A stretch of DNA of 44,012 nt, from the NCBI GenBank assembly GCA_009691305.1, contig SICS01000003.1, positions 1-44,012 on the forward strand. The letters run 5' to 3'. Origin of the DNA: Candidatus Peribacteria bacterium. GTDB lineage: Bacteria; Patescibacteriota; Gracilibacteria; Peribacterales; Peribacteraceae. The notes beneath the pieces were generated by a model. It was not told the DNA's origin and searched no databases. It saw nothing but the letters and a program-made list of their open reading frames with translations. How positions within the stretch are numbered: position 1 is the first letter of the stretch; each line of letters starts with the position of its first letter. Shown here piece after piece: positions 18,086 through 27,096 of this stretch. The position numbers and the translations under genes were made by a program.

Positions 18086-19168
18086 TTATCCAGTAGGCAA
18101 CTCTGTTTCCGTATTGGCTGATGTTTCACCGAGCACTTTGAAGCTATTATAGAATTTCACGAACTGCGAGTCATCCACTGCGCCGTTGCTGATAGCGTAA
18201 ATGGAATCTGATGTTTCAATGTACACGACTTTGCTAATCCAATCCGCATACTGCTTTGTTGTCACTGTGACGAGCAATGCGTCGTGGCCATCCACCTGAA
18301 TGGTTTTTCGTGACTCGGCTCTGTCAGCAAATTGGTCGCCCATACCTTGTATGACAGTTTCAAGGTTGGTGCTGGATTTTTTATAGACACCGATACCCCA
18401 AATCAGACCACCTGCTTTGGACTCTTCTGTACCAAATCCAACGCCTGTACTGTCCCCATAGTCATCCTCACTTGTAATCCAATTGCTTGGATAGAGCACC
18501 GAAAAATGCAGAGAATTGCTTGTATACGTTTTCCATGTGTCGCTCTTTGCGGTAGCTAATTCCTGATATGTTGCAGAGGGTTTAGTTTCAATGTGAGCAC
18601 GTAGACGATAAATTATCTCTGCCATCTCGCCTCTGGTGATAAGTTGGTCAAACGAGTGAACGGATGTGGGAATAGCATGTCTCTCGCCCAGTTCAACAAT
18701 GAACGGCGCGTACCAAGGTGAATCTATTGCAGGCTGATCAAACCCAAACGACCTCATGATGATTTTTGAAGCCTCTGCGAAATTGATTGTATTGTTCGGC
18801 TTGAATGTGCCGTCGGGATAGCCGTCAATGAGGTGCGAGAAGTGCGCAGAAATGACGTATGGGAAGAACCAATCTCTATCAATGTTCACGTCAGGAAATG
18901 TCATAGTTACGCCCATCGGTGTGTCAGTGGGCAGTCCTTGTGCGCCGACAATGATTTTTACGAACTCTGCTCGGTTGATGGTGTTGTTCGGCTTATACGT
19001 TCCATCAGGATACCCAGACACAATTCTTTCCTGTTGGGCGTAGACGATAGCGTCGTAGTTCGCATGGTTTGAGACTACATCAGGGAAACTAGCAAAAACC
19101 GTTCCTTGTAGCGCAAAAAGACCGACAGCCAACAGACTTATATTAGTTACAGCTTTCATAGTAATCAT
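18086..19168 (-). CDS. S-layer homology (SLH) domain protein with C-terminal PsbP-like domain
   Basis: Signal peptide; GYPDGTYKPNNTINRAE twice and ITRGE; WKTY...FSVLYPSNW. Confidence 0.85.
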   Translation of the reverse strand: MITMKAVTNISLLAVGLFALQGTVFASFPDVVSNHANYDAIVYAQQERIVSGYPDGTYKPNNTINRAEFVKIIVGAQGLPTDTPMGVTMTFPDVNIDRDWFFPYVISAHFSHLIDGYPDGTFKPNNTINFAEASKIIMRSFGFDQPAIDSPWYAPFIVELGERHAIPTSVHSFDQLITRGEMAEIIYRLRAHIETKPSATYQELATAKSDTWKTYTSNSLHFSVLYPSNWITSEDDYGDSTGVGFGTEESKAGGLIWGIGVYKKSSTNLETVIQGMGDQFADRAESRKTIQVDGHDALLVTVTTKQYADWISKVVYIETSDSIYAISNGAVDDSQFVKFYNSFKVLGETSANTETELPTG

Positions 19169-19303
19169 AGGGGCGATGTAGAGAGTTTAGCACATTGAAT
19201 ACTTGAAGACCTTGTTTGTAAATAGACGCAATTTGCATGTCTTTACAGTGCTCAATATAGATTCGTACCTCGATGAGGGCGTAGCCAGTCAGTCTCGACA
19301 AGT

Positions 19304-19789
19304 ATGTATCCTAGGAATAATGTTGGGTGCATGAATAATGCATTTCCTTTGTTGCACTCATTTTTTGGAGTCGAGACTGCCTTCGCCAATCCAATTCCTT
19401 ATGGCAGTGTTAGTAGCCCAGCCCAACTAACGTCCGCTGCATTTCTACTTTCACTAGGTTTTACTGTTGCAATAGAGCTTGTTGTTGTTCTGATAATTTC
19501 TTCAATTTTCTTGCGACGGCAAAACATCAGCAAATCACGACTACTACTTTCTGCTATTGTTGCTTCAACGATCACACTACCTCTTCTCTGGTACGTCTTT
19601 TTGCCGCGGGGGGCTAATGTAATTCTTCTTGAAGTTGCTGTCGTTATGATAGAGGCTCTTCTTTATCGTTATATTTTGCCGACACGTTGGAATTACGCTC
19701 TCCTACTTGCGGTTATTGCCAACGTCGTTTCTTTTTTGGCTAGTCCAATACTCGCCACTTATATTGTCGGAACAAATCCATATCTCTAA
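19304..19789 (+). CDS. Small integral membrane protein
   Basis: About four TM segments, with TVAIE, ITLP, E.....E and AN..S motifs. The start may be 19331. Confidence 0.7.
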   Translation: MYPRNNVGCMNNAFPLLHSFFGVETAFANPIPYGSVSSPAQLTSAAFLLSLGFTVAIELVVVLIISSIFLRRQNISKSRLLLSAIVASTITLPLLWYVFLPRGANVILLEVAVVMIEALLYRYILPTRWNYALLLAVIANVVSFLASPILATYIVGTNPYL

Positions 19790-19834
19790 ATTGATTAACC
19801 TTCTTGTAATCAGAGCATTTTCGGCGGCTCATAG

Positions 19835-20081
19835 GGTAGCATTACCGCTGATAAGTACGACAATTTGATAGAGGAATATAAGGCGCATAGGCCGCGTTTT
19901 TGGAAGAATTACAAGGTCACGCGATGCCGAGCTTTCACGCGTTCGCAACCCGACCAAATGAACCAACTGCTGCGCTTCGTGCTTGCGAACGGCAAAGTGG
20001 AAGGCGAAAAGCTCATCTACGAGCTGAAAAGTCCGTACTCGGGTATCGCACAGTGTGTTAAAAACTAAAGTATGGCTCCCC
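19835..20081 (+). pseudogene. Large serine recombinase C-terminal remnant (internal deletion and frameshift)
   Basis: GSITADKYDNLI...NQLLRFVLANGKVEGEKLIYELKSPYSGIAQCVK, homologous to 22363-22671. An extra A lies just before the WLP core. Confidence 0.75.
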
Positions 20082-20102
20082 CGGCTGGCTGTTTTCCGAA
20101 CT
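20073..20102. repeat. att-like junction type A
   Basis: TGGCTCCCCCGGCTGGCTGTTTTCCGAACT. Confidence 0.88.
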
Positions 20103-20165
20103 GAGGACAATATTCGTTCATCTCCGACAATTGAATGTGGTTTCTCATTTGTCGAGACGAATAAA

Positions 20166-21557
20166 TTAGTGGAGCAAGGATTGTCGGTCGGGAAGTGACC
20201 GAATATTCTTGTTATAGCTGCTTTTCAATAGTTCTAGCGCCTTGTCTGCTGGATGAACGTCCGCCTTTTTGCATGCTTCTACAATGCCTAAAGCAGAGTT
20301 ATCGGATAGGGCAATATCTTTGAGCGCTCGATGTCCGCAGATCGAATACGCACTGTAAGGATTCTCCAAGTCAATACCTCCCTGAGAGCGTACTATCTCG
20401 CGATGTGCTTCCAAATGAGCGGCATGGTTGCAGAAAGCACGGAACGCGCGATCTTTCTCGTTTGCTCGAATAAGCTTCTCCATTTGCTGAATGGTTCCAC
20501 CGACCTGTCCGGATAATTCAGCAATGCCGATATACAGACTGGAAGATTTTATGCCATCCGTGCGGAATTGTTTCCACAAGATCAGAAGCTCCCTTGCCCC
20601 CGGAGCAAGTAGCGCTTCAACGCCGATATCCATTTCGTTTGCACTAGGATGATGTTTACTGAATTCATGAATGTAAGAGCGATCGTGAGCATGTTCGATT
20701 TCTTCAAAAAGAAGACGTTCGCCTTCCATGTTCGTTGCAAATTCTTCAGGGGTCATTGAACGGACGTACTGCTGCAGTTCAACGTCAAAAGGATTCTCAG
20801 GTTTTTCTGTTATGCGTTTATAGCTGTTTTTCGCATCGACATAGAGTTGTCTCGGATCAATGAAAATATACCTACCAACAGCATGACCTGGAGATCCGCC
20901 TTCTTTCCACTTAACGATGACTGCGAACGCTGATTCTCCAATGGGCGCAGGAAATTCTCGCCAGCTTGAATCTTCAACATCTCCTTCCCAAAACTCCGGC
21001 TTGATATTGCTTCCGAATTTTGCAGGAAAAAATACTGTTCCACTCGGCAAACAGAGATGAGCGTTAAATGCTATTGCCGCTCTATGAATGAGGACGAAGG
21101 GGTCATCTGTATTGAGATCAGGTTCAAACGATGGATTGAGAGCATGAGACTGACGCAAGAATTGTACTACGGTTTCATGCTTCAATTTTTGCAAAGACAA
21201 ATCATCCACAATTGTACGCAGAACTCCTTGAAGGGCTTGAACTTCTTCGCGGGGAATATTAACGTTCAGTTCCAACGGTTTCGATGCTTCTTCGGCAAGT
21301 AGTGTCGGTGGAATGAGGCAATCAAGAGGGACTAACGCAGCCTCATCTCGCCCTTTAGTCATAAGCAACTCTTTCAATTCAAATCGAGCGATGTCGTAAT
21401 GTGCTCGTAATCTCGATTTAATTTCCAATTGGCGCTGATGCTGATGTTCGGGCATTTTTTCTTTCCTTCGCTTCGCATTCTTTTCGCACGCATTAAGTTG
21501 CGATAGTTCACCCTCAAGCTTAGCCAATTCAGCATCAGGAAGTTTCGCTAGATCCAT
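20166..21557 (-). CDS. Hypothetical protein, sole cargo of a cassette
   Basis: 463-aa ORF filling the interval between two att-like sites; coiled-coil N-terminus. Confidence 0.75.
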   Translation of the reverse strand: MDLAKLPDAELAKLEGELSQLNACEKNAKRRKEKMPEHQHQRQLEIKSRLRAHYDIARFELKELLMTKGRDEAALVPLDCLIPPTLLAEEASKPLELNVNIPREEVQALQGVLRTIVDDLSLQKLKHETVVQFLRQSHALNPSFEPDLNTDDPFVLIHRAAIAFNAHLCLPSGTVFFPAKFGSNIKPEFWEGDVEDSSWREFPAPIGESAFAVIVKWKEGGSPGHAVGRYIFIDPRQLYVDAKNSYKRITEKPENPFDVELQQYVRSMTPEEFATNMEGERLLFEEIEHAHDRSYIHEFSKHHPSANEMDIGVEALLAPGARELLILWKQFRTDGIKSSSLYIGIAELSGQVGGTIQQMEKLIRANEKDRAFRAFCNHAAHLEAHREIVRSQGGIDLENPYSAYSICGHRALKDIALSDNSALGIVEACKKADVHPADKALELLKSSYNKNIRSLPDRQSLLH

Positions 21558-21563
21558 ATTTTT

Positions 21564-21591
21564 ATATTACAACAATTATTTTATTAGTCAA
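21564..21591 (-). promoter_or_regulatory. Sigma70-like promoter adjoining the att core
   Basis: TTGACT-16 nt-TAATAT, with the ATG 6 nt later (probably leaderless). Confidence 0.55.
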
Positions 21592-21592
21592 A

Positions 21593-21628
21593 TGGCTCCC
21601 CATTCTGCGCCTTCTGCGAACGGATTGG
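21593..21628. repeat. att-like junction type B
   Basis: TGGCTCCCCATTCTGCGCCTTCTGCGAACGGATTGG. Confidence 0.88.
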
Positions 21629-21696
21629 TATGGTGCTATGCGTGATCTTACCCCTGCGCTGGACTCACTTATTCGCCCGCTACTCCTTGCTTCGGC

Positions 21697-22206
21697 CTAG
21701 TTCCAGAGCGAATCCCAGTTATTCAGGTATGGAGCGATTAGAGTGCTATGTTTTTTATCATCAAGATGGCGTTTTTTATTTTTATCACTATGTTTGCGGC
21801 CATCTTTTCCTGGGGTTTTAAGCCATAATTCATGTTCACTGGTAAGCCATGAAGAGAGCATCTTTGTCGGTACGACGTAGAAATGGAGCTTCTGAATTTC
21901 TGCGGCAAGATTGACCAGAATTGTGAAGTCCCGCCCTTTATCTAGCAGCCGAAAGATCGAACCGTCCTTGTGGGCGTTCCATTGCCAAATATCGTAGTCC
22001 TCGGATTTTGTCTTCACACGCAATCTCACATCTTTTCCATTTTTTGTAGCAAGAATGTCGAAAGCTGTGGCATTGCGCGGTGTTAGCGCAGCAATCACTC
22101 CGCGTTTCAAAAGTTCGGCCATGACATAGTGCTCACCGGCATTGCCAACAAGTGTTCCCTCGCCAGCCTTGATACGACCCTTCATATCGACAGAATACCA
22201 CTTCAT
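21697..22206 (-). CDS. PD-(D/E)XK-fold nuclease-like protein
   Basis: GNAGEHYVMAELLKRG...FDILA...RVKTK matches the restriction-endonuclease-like G..GE / D / xxK pattern. Confidence 0.75.
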   Translation of the reverse strand: MKWYSVDMKGRIKAGEGTLVGNAGEHYVMAELLKRGVIAALTPRNATAFDILATKNGKDVRLRVKTKSEDYDIWQWNAHKDGSIFRLLDKGRDFTILVNLAAEIQKLHFYVVPTKMLSSWLTSEHELWLKTPGKDGRKHSDKNKKRHLDDKKHSTLIAPYLNNWDSLWN

Positions 22207-22362
22207 AATTGGTCAGTCATCCGATCCAGTAATAAGGCCGTCTGTTGATTGAATATCAGACTATAGTCTGTAGAACAATAAGATTCAACCAATGTAAGTT
22301 GGTATAACTATGGCTACTATTTCTAAGGATCAGAACATAAAGAATTTTCAGATAGCGTTTGG

Positions 22363-22671
22363 AGTATTACCCACGATGAGTACGACAAACTGATTGTGGA
22401 TACGAAGACACGGGAAGAACAACTACACGATGAAATGCGGTCACATAGCAAGGCCGACGAAACGTTCCTCATATCGTGTTCCTACTTGCTGGAACTGCTT
22501 CAAAGGGCATCCGACCTTTTTGAGCGTTCGCAACCTGCCCAAAAGAACCAACTTCTGCGTTTCGTACTTGCGAACGCAAAGGTAGAAGGCGAAAAGCTAG
22601 TCTGGGACTTGAAAAGTCCGTTTTCTGGTATTGCCCAGTGTGTCAAAACGAAAGAATGGCTCCCCCGGTAG
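22363..22671 (+). pseudogene. Large serine recombinase C-terminal remnant reading into the tRNA 3' end
   Basis: SITHDEYD...LLELLQRASDLFE...KNQLLRFVLAN...GEKL...LKSPF...WLP, where WLP is encoded by the antisense of the tRNA end. Confidence 0.8.
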
Positions 22672-22731
22672 GATTCGAACCTACGACCGTCTCGTTAACA
22701 GCGAGCTGCTCTACCACTGAGCTACAGGGGA
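22657..22731 (-). tRNA. tRNA-Asn(GTT)
   Basis: TCCCCTGTAGCTCAGTGGTAGAGC...CTGTTAA...GTAGGTTCGAATCCTACCGGGGGAGCCA; 75 nt with encoded CCA. Confidence 0.97.
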
Positions 22732-22773
22732 ATGAGAATGAAAAGATACCGATGATGGAAGAAAGAACAACAC

Positions 22774-22835
22774 CTGCTCTACCACTGCCTGCCCGCCGGA
22801 GCGCGAAGCGCGTAGGAGGGAGCTACAGGGGAATG
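22774..22835 (-). repeat. Duplicated tRNA-Asn 5' portion interrupted by a 33-bp palindromic insert
   Basis: ctgctctaccactg[22788-22820]agctacaggggaatg matches the tRNA 5' part exactly once the insert is removed. Confidence 0.85.
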
Positions 22836-22976
22836 GGGTGACCGATGAAAAAAGAGCGGACGAGGAAGTTACAACAAAACGGTACGGATCCCAAGTATAG
22901 ATTGCCGCTCCAGGCAGCGCTACATCAATACTATCGGTAAAGGAGCCGCAATCGCCTGTCCCTGTATAGTGCACGC

Positions 22977-23714
22977 ATGAAGATCCACCGATTAGATCAT
23001 GTGGGTGTCATTCTTGGGCTTCTCGTCATCTGCATCATATCTGCAGCGCCTCAATCTGCTGCGAATTCTCCTACCGGTTCTTCGTCGTTGGTTCAGCGCA
23101 TGTTGCTACGGAAAGCACAGCGACTATCCAGAAGAACATCCTCATCGGCCGCTGCAACCACTCTCCCGCGACCTTCACACTGGTCGTCGTCGTCCTATTC
23201 CTACACTGGAACACCCGTCCGCGGAGTCCTCCAGATCGATCAAGTGGCCATGGGAACACGGGAGCAGATTGTCGGAACCGTCCCCTATACGCTGCTCTCG
23301 TTCGACGCTACGGCAGCCAATGAGGATATTGTGTTCTCTGCAGTGAAGTTCCACGCGGAGCAGGGCAGCCTCTCATCCGGCACTCAATACACCCTGAGCG
23401 CAGTAATGAGTGGAGGTCTTGTATCCGTCGCATATTCGACATCATCCGCGGATATTCTCTCGTTCACGAATATCGATACGGTCATCCATCGTGACAAAAC
23501 GCACCGCTTCGTGATTCAGGCCAAACTCCTTGCTCCTGACGCCTCTCTGGCTGTCGGATTCCTCAAAACCGATCCACTCTTTATTGAAGCACAGGGGCTC
23601 CAACACGGTCGAGATCTCGCGCCGGGGATCCAGGTCGATGCCATTCCATGTAACAGTCAGTATGTGTGCCGTGTTCTTGTGCACACGCAACCGGCGTTAC
23701 TGCTCTATAAGTGA
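22977..23714 (+). CDS. Secreted hypothetical protein
   Basis: Signal-like N-terminus, Ser-rich linker, beta-rich C-terminal domain. Confidence 0.7.
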   Translation: MKIHRLDHVGVILGLLVICIISAAPQSAANSPTGSSSLVQRMLLRKAQRLSRRTSSSAAATTLPRPSHWSSSSYSYTGTPVRGVLQIDQVAMGTREQIVGTVPYTLLSFDATAANEDIVFSAVKFHAEQGSLSSGTQYTLSAVMSGGLVSVAYSTSSADILSFTNIDTVIHRDKTHRFVIQAKLLAPDASLAVGFLKTDPLFIEAQGLQHGRDLAPGIQVDAIPCNSQYVCRVLVHTQPALLLYK

Positions 23715-23755
23715 GAGTGTTTGTCATAGGTACGAATCGTCCCCGCAAGTATCGA

Positions 23756-24487
23756 TCACTTTTTCCTGCGAGCCGACGGCCGCTTTTTCTTCTTTTTTGC
23801 CGCGGACTTTCGGGCAGTGTGGGGCATGGTGCATGCCTGGCAGAAGCCCGGATGCCCGGGGTGCGGGTCGGTGTCGGTGATCAGGTAGCGACGGATCCGC
23901 GGCGTGCAGATGAGCACCATTGCCAGCATCACGACCAGGCAGGCGAAGAAGCCGATGCCCCATCCCGCCAACTGGGCGATGATCGGGTTGTCTGTGCCGA
24001 ATGTCGGTTCGGGGACCGGCACAATGACGAGTCCCCGCATCCCGGCCAGGAACGCGCTCATGGCGACCCAGAAGTAGTAGTCGACGGGGAACGCCCCGAA
24101 CCAGTGCGTGTACCAGGGGATCTTTCCTGGGAAAAATGATTGCCACCCGAAGTGCGGGTTGAAGACGAACCACAGAAAGTCCTCCAGCAGCATCGTTGTA
24201 CAGAGCACGAAGAGGATCGTCAGTTCCATCGGCCACGACCATCCGGCCAACAGGAGCGGCAGATGCAGTAGCACGATCATGTGGAGGTTGAAGTAGATGT
24301 GGTATCCCGTCACTTCCTTCCCATTCATCAGTTTGCGGAGCCACTTGGGCGAAAACCGCCACGATGGCAGGCAGCTCGCCCAGCCGTTGCCTCCTTCTAT
24401 CTGGATCTCCATCAGTGCCGTCACCGTCGAGAGCAGCAGGATGAACGGCCAGAGTATCAAAAAGAATTGCGGGGTCTCGTAGAACAT
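23756..24487 (-). CDS. Integral membrane protein
   Basis: Multiple TM segments with EIQIEG..GWA..LP, TGYH and EDFLWF..NP motifs. Confidence 0.8.
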   Translation of the reverse strand: MFYETPQFFLILWPFILLLSTVTALMEIQIEGGNGWASCLPSWRFSPKWLRKLMNGKEVTGYHIYFNLHMIVLLHLPLLLAGWSWPMELTILFVLCTTMLLEDFLWFVFNPHFGWQSFFPGKIPWYTHWFGAFPVDYYFWVAMSAFLAGMRGLVIVPVPEPTFGTDNPIIAQLAGWGIGFFACLVVMLAMVLICTPRIRRYLITDTDPHPGHPGFCQACTMPHTARKSAAKKKKKRPSARRKK

Positions 24488-24619
24488 AGATTACCGGGCA
24501 CGCTGACAGTTCTGGCGCGAAACAGCAATGGCGGACTGCTGCTGATCTAGTCTGTTCATAATTCTGAGGAGCGCGCTTTCTGCGCGCGTACGCAGGCAGA
24601 AAGCCTGCTCCACTTTTCT

Positions 24620-25021
24620 TCATGTTCCTTTTTCAAATTTCAGCGATACCGAATTCAGGCAGTACCGCTTGCCGGTGGGCGGCGGCCCGTCGTCAAACAC
24701 ATGTCCCAGGTGCGCATCGCAGCGTGCGCAGACGATCTCCGACCGTTGCATGAAGTGCGTGTTATCCATGTTCTCCTGCACATGCCCTTCAATGGGCTCG
24801 TAAAAACTCGGCCAGCCCGTGCCCGATTCGAACTTCGCTGCGGAATGGAAAATGGGCAGGTCACAGCAGACGCATGTGTAGATTCCCTTGTCCTTATTTT
24901 GCAAGAGCAAGCCACAGAATGGAGCCTCGGTGCCTTTCTTCCGCGTCACCTCATACTGCTCCTTTGTTAGTTGCGACTTCCACTCGGCGTCGGTCTTACG
25001 GATTTTCTCGATCTTTTGCAT
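24620..25021 (-). CDS. msrB: Peptide methionine-(R)-sulfoxide reductase
   Basis: [33 protein letters not shown] and RYCLNS. Confidence 0.95.
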   Translation of the reverse strand: MQKIEKIRKTDAEWKSQLTKEQYEVTRKKGTEAPFCGLLLQNKDKGIYTCVCCDLPIFHSAAKFESGTGWPSFYEPIEGHVQENMDNTHFMQRSEIVCARCDAHLGHVFDDGPPPTGKRYCLNSVSLKFEKGT

Positions 25022-25044
25022 GTGATGACAGTCTAGCATCACTG

Positions 25045-25107
25045 CGCTGTCACCCTGAGCTCGTCGAAGGGCGACAGCGTGTCATGGTGAGCGGAGAGAA
25101 CCATGAC
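25045..25107. repeat. Pair of REP-like palindromes
   Basis: cgctgtcaccctgagctcgtcgaagggcgacagcg and gtcatggtgagcggagagaaccatgac; same family as 33887-33948. Confidence 0.8.
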
Positions 25108-25180
25108 AAAAGTTTTCTCCCCATCTTCTTGCCCGTGGTGTTTTCCCCTTCTATTCTTTCCCCCCTTCACTTCATTCCGT

Positions 25181-25819
25181 ATGTCCGACTTCAACAAGAG
25201 CATGCAGTGGCGCTACGCGACAAAGCATTTCGATGCCGCAAAAAAACTGACCAAGGCCCAACTCGACGAACTCCTCGATGCCGCACGTTTATCGGCATCG
25301 TCCTACGGTTTGCAGCCGTACAAGCTCCTTGTGATCACCAATCCGGAACTGCGCGCGAAACTCTGCACGGAGGCAGCATACAACCAGCCACAGGTCGCCG
25401 ACGCATCGCATCTCGTCATCTTCTGCACACGGACCAGCGTCGATGAGGCGTACGTGGATTCATTCGTCGCGAATATCGCGAAGACGCGTGGCGTCACGGC
25501 CGAATCGCTCGCCGGGTACCGCGACATGATGGCGAAGTCGATGAGCCGCATGACGACCGAGCAGCAACAGATCTGGTCGCAGAAGCAGGCGTACATCGCG
25601 CTTGGCACGTTGCTGGCTGCCGCCGCGCACGCCGAGGTCGACGCATGCCCCATGGAGGGCTTCGACTCAACGAAGGTCGATGAGATCCTCGGACTGAAGG
25701 AGATGGGCCTCGCCTCGTCCGTCTTCTGCACGCTTGGGTTCCGCGCCGCCGATGACGCCACCGCCGAGCAGAAGAAAGTCCGCCTTCCCCGTCACGAGTT
25801 CATCATCGAACGCGTCTAA
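25181..25819 (+). CDS. NAD(P)H-dependent nitroreductase (NfsB-like)
   Basis: WRYATKHFD, LSASSYGLQP, YNQPQ, QAYIALG and DACPMEGFD. Confidence 0.93.
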   Translation: MSDFNKSMQWRYATKHFDAAKKLTKAQLDELLDAARLSASSYGLQPYKLLVITNPELRAKLCTEAAYNQPQVADASHLVIFCTRTSVDEAYVDSFVANIAKTRGVTAESLAGYRDMMAKSMSRMTTEQQQIWSQKQAYIALGTLLAAAAHAEVDACPMEGFDSTKVDEILGLKEMGLASSVFCTLGFRAADDATAEQKKVRLPRHEFIIERV

Positions 25820-25854
25820 CGTTGTGAAGACTATGGACATCTAGAATCCGCTCA

Positions 25855-27096
25855 TCATTTCTTCGCCTTAAAAATGACAACCTCCCGCCCCACGAATTGG
25901 TCGGGGCGGCGGTAGAGGAGGGACATGCGGCCATCCACGATCTCGATGGTGGGAGGCAACACAGCCTGGTAGCCGAGTTTCTCGGCTGCCTTCCAGACTT
26001 TCTCCAGCGCGACGGGCGCTTTGCTCGGGTACCAGACGGGCCAGATGCAGACGATCGGCACACCGGGGAGCGACGCAGCAGCCGACTCCAGGAAGCCGAT
26101 CTGCAGTGCCTCATTGTCCGACCGGAGCGTGTTCACCTCTTTCATCGTCGGCCGCTTGGTGAGCGCGGGTCCCAGGGTCGTCTCGGTTACGATCGCATCC
26201 ACACCCTTCGCCAGTTCCGGGTGCGCCTTGGCGTCGAACGGCTTGGTCGCGTCCTGCTTCCAGACCCGCGAGGGCGCTTTGGTCTTGCTGATCTCAAACT
26301 GCTTGCGAAGCCACTCCAGGTTCTTCGTGGTGCCCGTTATGGCTTTCTCCGACTTGTCGGACGCGAGCGCCGTGAACCCGCGCATCAGACATTCCATGGG
26401 GATGACGCCGGTGCCGCAGAAGGGATCAAGGATGACCATCGGTCCCGGGCTTTGGTTTTTTTTTGCCAACCACACACCAAAATTGACCAAGATCTGCGCG
26501 AGCTTCGGCGGGAGCAGGCCGACACTGGTATCGCGCACGGGCTTCTCCATATCGCGCTTCGTGTACGCGTCCACGTCCTGTGCACCCACAGTGATGCCGA
26601 TCCAGAGGAGCGGAGACGTCGACGCCTCCGCTGCATGTTGGATTACGCACAGTTCGCATCCGTGTGAGCGGTCCAGGAGCCCGTTGTCCCGCAGCACGAT
26701 CGATGGTGCGGCCACGCGTTCGTTGCCCACGTAGCGCGAGGGCTTCCCTTTCTTCTTCAGGTGCAGTTTGGATTTGCGGTAAAAGTCTCGCACCGTGCCG
26801 GGCGCGAACCCCAGCGTGCGCAGGCTGAACGTTACCTTCCCTTTGATGGGCATCAGCAGTTTTCCGAGGATCTCGGGGATGTCTTCTGTCCTGGCTTTGG
26901 CGTCCTCCAGCTTTTCCGCCAGCACGATCGTGCCGCCCAGCGTATCCATAAACTTGGCATCCAACGGCACCCCGCTATCAAACAACACCACGCTGTGGTT
27001 GATCTTCTCGTGCAGCAGAAAACCCGGGACCGTCGCGGCTAATTCGGCGAGGCTCAGGTGCGGTTGATGTCCGATGAAGGCGGCGTAGGACGGCAT
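25855..27096 (-). CDS. Trm11/Trm14-like SAM-dependent RNA methyltransferase
   Basis: RD..KP.RD..VGLLPPKLAQIL, LDPFCGTG, DAT and IVTE..LG motifs. Confidence 0.8.
   Translation of the reverse strand: MPSYAAFIGHQPHLSLAELAATVPGFLLHEKINHSVVLFDSGVPLDAKFMDTLGGTIVLAEKLEDAKARTEDIPEILGKLLMPIKGKVTFSLRTLGFAPGTVRDFYRKSKLHLKKKGKPSRYVGNERVAAPSIVLRDNGLLDRSHGCELCVIQHAAEASTSPLLWIGITVGAQDVDAYTKRDMEKPVRDTSVGLLPPKLAQILVNFGVWLAKKNQSPGPMVILDPFCGTGVIPMECLMRGFTALASDKSEKAITGTTKNLEWLRKQFEISKTKAPSRVWKQDATKPFDAKAHPELAKGVDAIVTETTLGPALTKRPTMKEVNTLRSDNEALQIGFLESAAASLPGVPIVCIWPVWYPSKAPVALEKVWKAAEKLGYQAVLPPTIEIVDGRMSLLYRRPDQFVGREVVIFKAKK

Larger units (their letters stand above)
3921..22665. mobile_element. Tandem array of integrated cassettes at the tRNA-Asn 3' end
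   Basis: Repeated tRNA 3'-end core at 3921, 17843, 20073, 21593 and 22657; serine recombinase C-terminal remnants; heterogeneous cargo. Confidence 0.8.

Noticed and set aside
3921-22665. Classical integron with attC sites
   Set aside because: There is no IntI tyrosine recombinase and the repeats lack the RYYYAAC...GTTRRRY hairpin form; they are tRNA-end-derived instead.
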